20,307 nt of DNA, taken from the NCBI GenBank assembly GCA_036170245.1, contig JAVHOV010000010.1, forward strand, positions 1-20,307. Direction: 5' to 3'. A program made the translations under genes and the position numbers. The notes under the pieces were generated by a model that saw only the letters and a list, made by a program, of their open reading frames with translations, had not been told where the DNA came from and made no database searches. The DNA comes from an archaeon. GTDB taxonomy: Archaea > Iainarchaeota > Iainarchaeia > Iainarchaeales > JAAZKV01. This document shows, piece by piece, positions 1 to 7,838 of this stretch (positions are counted from its first letter, which is position 1; each line of letters starts with the position of its first letter).

Positions 1-22
1 GCATATTGTAGAGGATAGTTAC

Positions 23-57
23 AAGCTAACCAATTCATTGGTTAGTAATTGACTCAC
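23..57 (+). mobile_element. Possible right end of an IS200/IS605/IS607-type (tnpB) element: subterminal hairpin plus TAATTGAC/TCAC end
   Basis: AAG-CTAACCAAT-TC-ATTGGTTAG-TAATTGAC-TCAC: a perfect 9-bp inverted repeat (26-34/37-45) followed by TAATTGAC. This resembles the AAGC-stem-TTCA-stem-TAGTT(G/C)AC ending of tnpB-carrying elements. No transposase is visible in the window. Confidence 0.4.
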
Positions 58-91
58 TTCTTTTCCTATTATTAAGCCTTTTTTTTTCCTA

Positions 92-110
92 AGGAGAAGC
101 ATTTTTATAC
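92..110 (+). promoter_or_regulatory. Putative archaeal BRE/TATA promoter of the GGGP synthase gene (leaderless)
   Basis: Purine-rich AGGAGAAGC followed by TTTTTATAC, ending about 21 nt before the ATG at 132. There is no SD next to the ATG. Confidence 0.45.
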
Positions 111-131
111 TTCTTTTTCCACAATTTTGTT

Positions 132-908
132 ATGAAAGAAGGGAAAGTTTACACTAAATTGTTAGCTCAATTAAAGGAAGAAGCAGGGCAACTTTTTTTG
201 GTGATTGATCCTCCAAACCAAGCTCCTGAACTTGCTGGTAAAGTTAGTGCTATTGCAGAGAAAGCAGGCGTTAGTGCTATTGCTGTGGGCGGTTCTTTAG
301 GTGCTCAAGGAAAGCTTTTAGATGATACTTTGGATGCAATTAAGAGTAAATGTCGCTTGCCAACTATTCTTTTTCCAGGAAATATTGCAACTTTGTCAAA
401 TAAAGCGGATGCAATTTACTTTTTATCAATGCTGAACAGTAATGATCCTTATTATATCAGCGGTGCGCAGACTGCTAGTGCTTTTCCAATAAAAAAAATG
501 GGTATTGAAGTTATTCCAACTTCATATATTATAGTAGAACCAGGTAGAGCTGTAGGCTTTATGGGTCGAGCTCAATTAATTCCAAGAAACTTAGGTTATT
601 TAGCAGCAGCTAATGCTTTGGCTGGAGAATACATGGGGTCTAAGTTAGTAATATTAGAATCTGGTGGAGGAGCTCCTGAACCAGTTACAAAGGAAATGAT
701 TGCTCAAACAAAAGCTTCAATTGATGTTCCTTTAATTATTGCAGGGGGAGTAAAGTCTCCGGAGTATGCTTTTGATTGTATTTCAAGTGGAGCAGATATA
801 GTTCATGTTGGTTCTGCAATAGAAAAAACAAAATTGGAATCAGAAGTTAAATCAAAATTAGAAAAAATGGTTGAATCAGTTAGAAAAGGCGCAAAACTAA
901 AGCAATAA
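132..908 (+). CDS. Geranylgeranylglyceryl phosphate synthase (GGGPS/PcrB family)
   Basis: Motifs VIDP, VGGS, ILFPG, ADAIYFLSMLNS, YIIVEPG, LESGGG, PLIIAGGV and GADIVHVG; 258 aa TIM-barrel length. Confidence 0.93.
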   Translation: MKEGKVYTKLLAQLKEEAGQLFLVIDPPNQAPELAGKVSAIAEKAGVSAIAVGGSLGAQGKLLDDTLDAIKSKCRLPTILFPGNIATLSNKADAIYFLSMLNSNDPYYISGAQTASAFPIKKMGIEVIPTSYIIVEPGRAVGFMGRAQLIPRNLGYLAAANALAGEYMGSKLVILESGGGAPEPVTKEMIAQTKASIDVPLIIAGGVKSPEYAFDCISSGADIVHVGSAIEKTKLESEVKSKLEKMVESVRKGAKLKQ

Positions 909-927
909 TTTGAGTGGTTGTTTTTTT

Positions 928-1182
928 ATGCAAAAAAGAATTACCTTAAAAGGAAAGTTGGCGGGGTCGCATAAACATATAACTATAATTAATCCGCATC
1001 TTCCTACAAGAACCCAAACCGAAACAGTTTTTAACATTGTTAAGAGAAGTATTTTAAAAAAAGCAAAGAAGGAAGGAAGACAAATTTCTGCTTTGGAATT
1101 AAGACACGAAATTAGTGAGTTAATGACAAAGTGGCCTAAACAAAATTGGCCAAAACTAGAAAAACAAGTTACAAAAAAATAA
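928..1182 (+). CDS. Small basic hypothetical protein (84 aa)
   Basis: ORF directly downstream of GGGPS. ATG at 928 is preferred over TTG at 910, with a GTGGT SD-like sequence upstream. Lys/Arg-rich with no recognisable motif. Confidence 0.6.
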   Translation: MQKRITLKGKLAGSHKHITIINPHLPTRTQTETVFNIVKRSILKKAKKEGRQISALELRHEISELMTKWPKQNWPKLEKQVTKK

Positions 1183-1187
1183 TTTTT

Positions 1188-2063
1188 TTATTTTTTAGTT
1201 TTTTTAAATTCTTTAACAATTTCTCTGACGGCTTCTCTTAAAGAGTATTTTTGTTTATATCCTAATTTTTTTAATTTTGAGATATTATAATTTCGTTCTT
1301 TTCCTAAGTGTCTTATATTATCCCAAGTAAGTAATTTTATGTTAAATAATTTTCCTGCAATTATTCCAACAAATTGTGGGATGTGCACTAATTTTTTTTC
1401 TAACTTTAATTCTTCCTGAACTAAATTGCAGAATTCATTGAGTGTTTTTTTCTCGTTTCCACTTACAAGATAAATTTCTCCATTTTTTCCTTTTTGAATT
1501 ACTTTTGCGATTGTTCTGGCAAGTTCTTTTGAGTAAATTACTTGAAAAGTATTTTTTCCATCTAAAGGGAGAGGGTATTTTTTCTCTAACATGTTAAACA
1601 TTTTTCTCCAATAGTCGTTTGCTCCAAGAACTATTGCGCTTCTAATTATATTGACGTTTATTTTACTTTTTGCATAAAGTACGATTTTTTCTCCCTCTGC
1701 TTTACTTTTTTCATAATTATTCTTGGGGGTTATTGGAGTCTTTTCATCAATTAGTCCTTTAGTGCTGCCATAAACTCCAGTTGAGCTCATGAAAATAAAT
1801 TTTTTTGCTTTTGAATTTATTGCTGCAGAGAGAACATTAGTTGTTCCTTTTACATTAACTTCCCAAAGTTTAGGATTTGAATTGTCAATGATCCCAGCTA
1901 AATGAATTACACAATCTATTCCTTTCATTTTTTTCTTTAATTGTTCTTCATTAAGTATATCTTCGTTAAGCGTAGAATCAAATTCGACAATTTTGTGCCC
2001 TTTGAGTACTTTTTGTAGCTCTCTGCCCACCATTCCTTTTGATCCAGTTATTAGTATTTTCAT
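1188..2063 (-). CDS. NAD-dependent epimerase/dehydratase (extended SDR)
   Basis: N-terminal ITGSKGMVG Rossmann motif, VIHLAG, VNVKGT, MSSTGVYG and catalytic YEKSK (YxxxK). Confidence 0.9.
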   Translation of the reverse strand: MKILITGSKGMVGRELQKVLKGHKIVEFDSTLNEDILNEEQLKKKMKGIDCVIHLAGIIDNSNPKLWEVNVKGTTNVLSAAINSKAKKFIFMSSTGVYGSTKGLIDEKTPITPKNNYEKSKAEGEKIVLYAKSKINVNIIRSAIVLGANDYWRKMFNMLEKKYPLPLDGKNTFQVIYSKELARTIAKVIQKGKNGEIYLVSGNEKKTLNEFCNLVQEELKLEKKLVHIPQFVGIIAGKLFNIKLLTWDNIRHLGKERNYNISKLKKLGYKQKYSLREAVREIVKEFKKTKK

Positions 2064-2088
2064 ATAAAGTCATCTTCTATTTAATTAA

Positions 2089-2886
2089 TTAAAACAAAAT
2101 CATTATTAAATTAGGACTTATTGTTGCAACAATTACTCCTAATGCAATAAAAGGCCCAAAGGGAGGCAATTCTCTTAATACAATTATTTCTTTTATTTTA
2201 TTTGCTTTTAATAGTTTCTGTTCTTTTTCTCCAACTAAACTCTTTCCCTTCAGAAGTAAAAGTACTTTTTTTGAATTTCTGTTTTCAGCAATTACTTCGT
2301 CTTCTTCAATTTCATTTAGTTTTATTTTTTTCTCAAAAAAGTTCTTCTTTATTCCTTCCTGTAATGCAATAAAAATTAATCCAAAAAAGCTTGCAATGAT
2401 TAAAGGAATTGTACTTATAATTGGGATTAAATGTAATTGTACAAGTGCTGTGAAATAAAATAATAGCAATACCCCAAATATTATTGCCTTGTATATTCCT
2501 TTTTTGTTTTCCTTGAATGTTATTCCAATTTTAAAATATTTTATTGTGTAATATGTTGAATAAAATATCATTGCTCCTGCACAGGCAACAATTATTCCGC
2601 TGAAGAGAAAAAATACATTGTTTGTAGGGTTAAGCAGAGCAATTCCAGTAAATAGTTTTACATCTCCTCCTCCCATTTTTCCAGTTTTATATAATAAGAA
2701 AAGTGAAATAAATATTATTGACCCTAAAATCAAATTATTCCATTGTTGTTGGAATATACTAAAAATTAGTCCTAAAATTATCATAGGGATAGTTACCCAA
2801 TCATAAATGTATCCTGTTTTTGCATCAATTGCGCCACCTAGTATAGTTCCTATCAAAAGAGCGGCTTGTTGAATAATTGCAATCAT
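2089..2886 (-). CDS. Prepilin/class III signal peptidase (A24 family; FlaK/PibD/EppA-like)
   Basis: Polytopic membrane protein with first catalytic Asp in GAIDAKT, GxGD motif MGGGDVK and C-terminal PPFGPFI. ATG at 2886, alternative TTG at 2895. Confidence 0.88.
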   Translation of the reverse strand: MIAIIQQAALLIGTILGGAIDAKTGYIYDWVTIPMIILGLIFSIFQQQWNNLILGSIIFISLFLLYKTGKMGGGDVKLFTGIALLNPTNNVFFLFSGIIVACAGAMIFYSTYYTIKYFKIGITFKENKKGIYKAIIFGVLLLFYFTALVQLHLIPIISTIPLIIASFFGLIFIALQEGIKKNFFEKKIKLNEIEEDEVIAENRNSKKVLLLLKGKSLVGEKEQKLLKANKIKEIIVLRELPPFGPFIALGVIVATISPNLIMILF

Positions 2887-2934
2887 TTTAACCAAGTAGT
2901 ATTGTTTTTTTTGTTATATAAATAGTTGGTTTAT

Positions 2935-2966
2935 AAAAAAAGAAGAAGGAACTTATCCCTCTTCTT
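2935..2966 (-). terminator. Stem-loop plus U-tract terminator after the 2975-3184 gene
   Basis: Minus strand AAGAAGAGGGA-TAAGT-TCCTTCTTCTT followed by a T-run. The 11-bp stem has one G-U pair that forms only on the minus strand. Confidence 0.55.
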
Positions 2967-2974
2967 AATTCAAT

Positions 2975-3184
2975 TCAAATTACGCTTCCTGTATCAATTA
3001 CTTCATTTTCATTGATCCATCCGTCATTTATTTGTTGTTCTACAATTTGAGTATCTGTAGTTGTGTTTGTGTCTAGGGGAGTTTGATTATTTGCATCATT
3101 TACTTTTATTTGATCTTGTGCTTGGGTGCATCCAAACAAAAGCATTGATACTATTAGGAGTGCTATTATTATTTTGTTTATCAT
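2975..3184 (-). CDS. Small putative lipoprotein
   Basis: Basic N-terminus, hydrophobic core and lipobox-like LLFG-C. Start overlaps the stop of the upstream gene (ATGA). Confidence 0.75.
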   Translation of the reverse strand: MINKIIIALLIVSMLLFGCTQAQDQIKVNDANNQTPLDTNTTTDTQIVEQQINDGWINENEVIDTGSVI

Positions 3185-4146
3185 TTTCTCATTCCTCCAT
3201 TTCTGTCGTTGATTTTATCTATTAATCCTTGAATTCTTTGGCTTTGATCTGTTAATCTCTCAGCTCTATTATATCTTCCGTTTGTATTTGCATCAAGTGC
3301 TTTTTTCTCTATCCATTGGTTTAAATTTTCAAATCTTTTTTGGATATTGTTCATTAATTTGTCTTTCAAAGTTTCTCTTGCTTTTTGAATCATTTGTTTA
3401 TTTTCAATTATTTTTTTTATTGAATCATTTTTCATTTTTGAAGCTATTCTTTTCTTTTCCATTGAATTTAAATCCTTAAACTCGTTTAGAATTTCTTTTC
3501 TAGCTTCTCCTAAATTTAGGTCTCCGTTTTGTATTCTTCCAATTAAGTTGTTGTCATTAAAACCCATTAAATCAAATTGGTCTCTCATTCTTTGGGCATT
3601 GAAATTTCTTACAGTTCCTTTTATTGCATTATTTATATTTGCTAATTGATTTCTATCAATTTGTGAGATTTGTCTCATTAGTTCGTTTCGGTCTTGTGGA
3701 GTAATAAGACTTTTTGTCTGATTTTTGAAGTCTGCTGTTAATGTTCTTGCTTCTTTTTTTTGTTCCACAAAAGTCTGAACTAAAACATTTTTGTCTCCTT
3801 CTGTTGGAGTGCTTTTTATATCTTCAAGAAGCATTTCCATTGCATTTAATGTATTTTCTGCTTCTGTTGTATTTGCATCAGAGTGATTTGTATTTATCAC
3901 TTTAATGACTAGGTCTCCGATTAAAATATTTCTTGTTATAGATTTTTCAAGCTGTAATAGCCTTACTTCTGCCCCGTATGGTGAAAGCATGCTTTTTGTT
4001 TCTCTTTCATCAATTGGAGTGATATTTACATCAAGATTTGCACTTATGTTTCCATCTACACTTAAATTTGTGTCCTCTGCTAAAGCGATTGGCATTACGC
4101 ACAATAGCATTAGTCCTAAAAGAACAGCAATTATTTTGTTTACCAT
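3181..4146 (-). CDS. Secreted alpha-helical/coiled-coil hypothetical protein
   Basis: Sec signal peptide ending ALA-E, several N-x-S/T sequons and a long helical charged body. ATG at 4146 has SD AGGTGA at 4160-4155. Confidence 0.8.
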   Translation of the reverse strand: MVNKIIAVLLGLMLLCVMPIALAEDTNLSVDGNISANLDVNITPIDERETKSMLSPYGAEVRLLQLEKSITRNILIGDLVIKVINTNHSDANTTEAENTLNAMEMLLEDIKSTPTEGDKNVLVQTFVEQKKEARTLTADFKNQTKSLITPQDRNELMRQISQIDRNQLANINNAIKGTVRNFNAQRMRDQFDLMGFNDNNLIGRIQNGDLNLGEARKEILNEFKDLNSMEKKRIASKMKNDSIKKIIENKQMIQKARETLKDKLMNNIQKRFENLNQWIEKKALDANTNGRYNRAERLTDQSQRIQGLIDKINDRNGGMRK

Positions 4147-4153
4147 TTTTTTG

Positions 4154-4226
4154 TTCACCTGTACTTGTTGTAGGTGAAACAGCTATTATACCTTATCCGA
4201 AAAAAGCCGGAACAAGTAGGTCAAAC
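4154..4226 (-). promoter_or_regulatory. Promoter with candidate operator repeats
   Basis: Minus-strand TATAATAG (4190-4183) is flanked by an 11-bp direct repeat with one mismatch (GTAGGTGAAAC 4170-4180, GTAGGTCAAAC 4216-4226). An inverted repeat TTCACCT/AGGTGAA (4154-4160/4172-4178) covers the SD. Confidence 0.5.
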
Positions 4227-4232
4227 GCAGAT

Positions 4233-4982
4233 TTATTGCTTTCTTTGATGTTTTTCTAAGGTTAGTAACATTGTCATTCCTTTTCTTTCTTTTTTTAGGA
4301 TTCCTTTTTTTTCTAAAGAAGTTATATTTCTAAAAAGGGAAGCTTTTGGTAATCCAAGAATTTTTTGTATCTCTGATTGGGTGTTTTTCCCGTTTTTCTT
4401 TTCAAGCTGTTCAATTATTAACAATTGTCTTTCTGTAAGTGAATCTTTGTCAAAAGTGTTTTCGTTTGTTAAAGTTACTTTCTTTAAAAATAGTTTATTT
4501 TTGTATTTTTTTATTAGGGTAATTAAAATTCCTATTATAATAAGTGCAAATATCACCCAAACAAGAATGAATCCTAATTGAAGGGGGGGATTAGTTGCAA
4601 CAATTGTGTAATTTATTTTTAAATTTAAATCCATGTTTTCTCCATACCCTTCTATTATTAGTTTTCCGTTTTGAGTTCCAAAGAAGTACTCACTATTAGT
4701 TTCTATTTTTTGTATTTGTATGTCAGAGGGAAGAATTATTTTGTAAGAATATTCGCTAAATTGTGGAGTGCTTAATAAAAAAGTCCAGTTTTTTCCTGTT
4801 TTTGAAGTTAATTCTTGGGTTGTTCTTTGGCTAAGCGGGGAATAGTTTGTTGTTCCGCTGATTATTGTGCTTCCGTCGCTTTGTATTTCAAAAGTAGTGT
4901 TTGCATAGTATTCGATTGCATTTACTCCGAGGCATAAATAGAGAAGAACTAAAATAAATGTTAATTTTTTTAGATTAATCAT
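4233..4982 (-). CDS. Membrane-anchored winged-HTH transcriptional regulator (COG2512-like architecture)
   Basis: Signal peptide, extracellular beta-rich domain, one TM helix (GFILVWVIFALIIIGILITLI), then C-terminal wHTH LTERQLLII...TQSEIQKILGLPKASLFRNITSLEKKGIL. Confidence 0.85.
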   Translation of the reverse strand: MINLKKLTFILVLLYLCLGVNAIEYYANTTFEIQSDGSTIISGTTNYSPLSQRTTQELTSKTGKNWTFLLSTPQFSEYSYKIILPSDIQIQKIETNSEYFFGTQNGKLIIEGYGENMDLNLKINYTIVATNPPLQLGFILVWVIFALIIIGILITLIKKYKNKLFLKKVTLTNENTFDKDSLTERQLLIIEQLEKKNGKNTQSEIQKILGLPKASLFRNITSLEKKGILKKERKGMTMLLTLEKHQRKQ

Positions 4983-5020
4983 AAATATAAATGGTTTTCA
5001 TTTTTAATAAATTTTTTGGT

Positions 5021-5755
5021 TTAGTTCATTTTGACTGAACTTGATATATAATTTTCTTTGTCCCAATTAGCTATTCTTTCATTTAATTTTTCTCTAGCAA
5101 GTTTTCTTTTCTCAATAGATAATTGCCTTAGTGCAATTATTGATAATATTCTATAATCTTCTTTTGTTTTGCTCATTCTTCTTAAAGTCTTTGATAAGGT
5201 TTCCATTTTTTCTGTAGGCGTGTGACTCTTTCTTTCTACAAGCAAATCAATATCTATTGGAACAACTCCTGTTTTGTGCCGAAATGGTTCAACAAAATCA
5301 ATAGTCGGACTGTACCCGAGGTTTGCAACTTTTCCAAACATTTTTGCCGCATCTTCTTTTTCTTCTTGGTGAGCAAGTTCAAGGTGGCTCTTCCAAACAA
5401 GTTTTGATCCTTTTTTTGTTGAACCAAATAATTGTGAAACTTGCACCCATTCTCTAGTTGGAATTTTATAATCTCCTATTTTTGTTCCTGCAGGAATTAG
5501 AGTCATTCCCATTTTTGGAATTGGAAGCCCTGCTTCAATTAGATCATTGATTACTTTTTGATATTGTCTTGCTTCTTCAGTAGTTAATCCTTTGTGGAAA
5601 GTTTTTATTGCAACTCTTGGTTTTTTCCCATCCTTAAAGTGCAGTCTTCCGATATAAACGTTCCCTCGGTTTGATCCTCCGATTGTTATAGCATGTGAAA
5701 AATTTACTTTTTTTGCATCAAGAATAGTTTTTAGGGTTGGTTTTTTTGGAATCAA
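5021..5755 (-). CDS. Hypothetical protein with protein-kinase-like N-lobe (atypical kinase or pseudokinase)
   Basis: IGGSNRGNVY resembles a glycine-rich loop and RVAIK matches the beta-3 lysine motif. No canonical HRD/DFG (PTIDF, PIDID instead). TTG start 15 nt after the srp54 stop. Confidence 0.6.
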   Translation of the reverse strand: MIPKKPTLKTILDAKKVNFSHAITIGGSNRGNVYIGRLHFKDGKKPRVAIKTFHKGLTTEEARQYQKVINDLIEAGLPIPKMGMTLIPAGTKIGDYKIPTREWVQVSQLFGSTKKGSKLVWKSHLELAHQEEKEDAAKMFGKVANLGYSPTIDFVEPFRHKTGVVPIDIDLLVERKSHTPTEKMETLSKTLRRMSKTKEDYRILSIIALRQLSIEKRKLAREKLNERIANWDKENYISSSVKMN

Positions 5756-5770
5756 ATTTAACCACGATCT

Positions 5771-7123
5771 TTATCTTAATCTTAATTTCTTTGCAGCTTT
5801 TCTTCCCTGCATTTGTCTTAATAAATCCCCTATTCCTTTTTCTCCGAAGTTTTTCATTGCTTTTTCGCTTTGAACGTTTTTGAATTTTTTAAACATTTTT
5901 TTCATTTGCTTGAATTGCTTTAGTAATTCTCTCACATCGTTAACGCTTGTTCCGCTTCCGTTAGCAATTCTCTCTACTCGTCCTCTGTTAATTATTTCTG
6001 GTTCTACTCTTTCTTTTTCTGTCATTGAATCAATTATTACTTTGAAAGAATCCATTTTGTCTTGACCACTCTCAAGCATTTCTTTTGGAATTTTAACACT
6101 AAGTCCAAGCATTTCAGCAACTTTGTTGAGTGGTCCCATTTTTTTAGTTGCAGCTAATTGTTGGTAAAACATTCTTAAATTAAAATTTCCTTTCAATAAA
6201 TCTTCCGGGTTTAGGTTTTCCATTTCTGCTTCTTTTGCTTTTTCAAGGAGTCCTTGTAAATCTCCATAACCCATTATTCTTGATAAATATCTATTTGCAT
6301 CAAATGCTTCAAAGTCGTTTATTTTTTCTCCTGTTGAAATAAAGTAGACGCTTGCTCCTGTTTCATTGCATGCAACAATTGCCCCTCCTCCTTTACTTGA
6401 TCCATCCATTCTTGTTATTATTACTCCATTCACTCCCACTGCATTATGAAATGCAGTAGCTTGCTTTTTTGCTAAGTTTCCTATATCTGCTCCAAGTACA
6501 AGCCATTTTTCATCAGCGTTAAATATTTTGTTTATTTCTTGTATTTCAGTAACAAGTTCATCATCAAGTGCACTTCTTCCTGCTGAATCACAGATAATTA
6601 AATCACAGTCTGATAATTTTTTCATTCCTTCTTTAACTACTTTTGCGGCATTAGTTTCTCCTTTAATTCCAAAGAAGTTTGCTCCTGCCAGTTTTGCATT
6701 AGTTTCTAATTGTTCATAAGCAGCGGGTCTAAATACATCTGCACAAATTACTCCTACTTTTTTTCCTCTTTTTTTGTACCAGCTAGAAAGTTTTCCTGCT
6801 GCAGTAGTTTTTCCTGCACCAAATAATCCGCAGAGTAGAATTGTTTTTGGGTTCTCAGGAGCAATACGCCCTCCAAGTAGTTCTACTAAAGCATCATAAG
6901 TGATTTTTGTTATGTGTTCTCTTCTGCTTAACGTTCCGCTTATTTCATTGAAAGCATTATCCTCAATTTTTTTTGATATTTCAAGAACCATTGTGGTTTC
7001 TACATTTGATGCAATTAAGGCTCTTTGGATTTCTCTTATAGTTTCTTTGATAGTTTCTTTGTCTAGCGAAGCAGTGCCTTGTATTTTGCCCATTGCTTTT
7101 CTGAGTGTTTCGCCTAGTCCCAT
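5771..7123 (-). CDS. srp54: Signal recognition particle protein SRP54
   Basis: NG domain with GLFGAGKTT, DVFRPAA, DSAGR and TRMDGSSKGGG, then a Met-rich M domain with IIDSMT and RIANGSG. Confidence 0.97.
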   Translation of the reverse strand: MGLGETLRKAMGKIQGTASLDKETIKETIREIQRALIASNVETTMVLEISKKIEDNAFNEISGTLSRREHITKITYDALVELLGGRIAPENPKTILLCGLFGAGKTTAAGKLSSWYKKRGKKVGVICADVFRPAAYEQLETNAKLAGANFFGIKGETNAAKVVKEGMKKLSDCDLIICDSAGRSALDDELVTEIQEINKIFNADEKWLVLGADIGNLAKKQATAFHNAVGVNGVIITRMDGSSKGGGAIVACNETGASVYFISTGEKINDFEAFDANRYLSRIMGYGDLQGLLEKAKEAEMENLNPEDLLKGNFNLRMFYQQLAATKKMGPLNKVAEMLGLSVKIPKEMLESGQDKMDSFKVIIDSMTEKERVEPEIINRGRVERIANGSGTSVNDVRELLKQFKQMKKMFKKFKNVQSEKAMKNFGEKGIGDLLRQMQGRKAAKKLRLR

Positions 7124-7194
7124 TTAATTCACTAAAATATGATTAGCCAAATACATTTTTAAAGTGTTTAATTCTATTTAACTTAGGTGATTTT

Positions 7195-7764
7195 GTGATA
7201 GAATGGATTCTTATATTTTTAGGAATAATTGGATTAGTGCTTATTGTTGGAGCAGTTTTGATTTACAATTCTTTAGTCACTACAAGCAAACAGGTTGACA
7301 ACGCTTGGACTCAAATTGATGTTCAATTAAAGAGAAGAGCCGACTTAATTCCTAATTTGGTTGAAACTGTTAAAGGTTATGCTAAGTTTGAAAAGAGTGT
7401 GTTAGAAGGAGTAACTCAGGCAAGAACTGCTTTAATGTCAGCAAAGTCACCAAAAGATGCTGCAAAAGCTGATAATATGCTTTCAGGAGCATTGAAAAGT
7501 ATTTTTGCTGTGGCTGAAGCTTATCCTACACTTAAAGCTAATGAAAATTTCAAAGCTCTTCAGGAAGAATTGAGCAGCACTGAAAATAAAGTTGCTTTTG
7601 CTCGACAATTCTATAATGATATGGTTATGAAGTGGAATACAATGATTGTTGTTTTTCCAAATAACATTTTTGCAGGAATGTTTAATATGAGTAAGGATAG
7701 AGAATATTTCAACGCAACTGAAGAAGAAAGAAAAAATATAAAAGTTAATTTCTCAGGACTATAA
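7195..7764 (+). CDS. lemA: LemA family protein
   Basis: N-terminal TM, then YNSLV...AWTQIDVQLKRRADLIPNLVETVKGYA, EAYPTLKANENF, ENKVAFARQFYN and FPNNIFA. GTG start with AGGTGA SD at 7185-7190. Confidence 0.96.
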   Translation: MIEWILIFLGIIGLVLIVGAVLIYNSLVTTSKQVDNAWTQIDVQLKRRADLIPNLVETVKGYAKFEKSVLEGVTQARTALMSAKSPKDAAKADNMLSGALKSIFAVAEAYPTLKANENFKALQEELSSTENKVAFARQFYNDMVMKWNTMIVVFPNNIFAGMFNMSKDREYFNATEEERKNIKVNFSGL

Positions 7765-7781
7765 ATTCTTTGAAATATATA

Positions 7782-7812
7782 AAAGCAAGGCACATGTTTT
7801 GTGTTTTGCTTT
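7782..7812 (+). other. Intergenic RNA stem-loop between lemA and htpX
   Basis: AAAGCAAGGCACA-TGTTT-TGTGTTTTGCTTT forms a 13-bp stem with two G-U pairs valid on the + (coding) strand. Confidence 0.5.
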
Positions 7813-7838
7813 AACCAATTTTTTAATGGTGAATAAAA

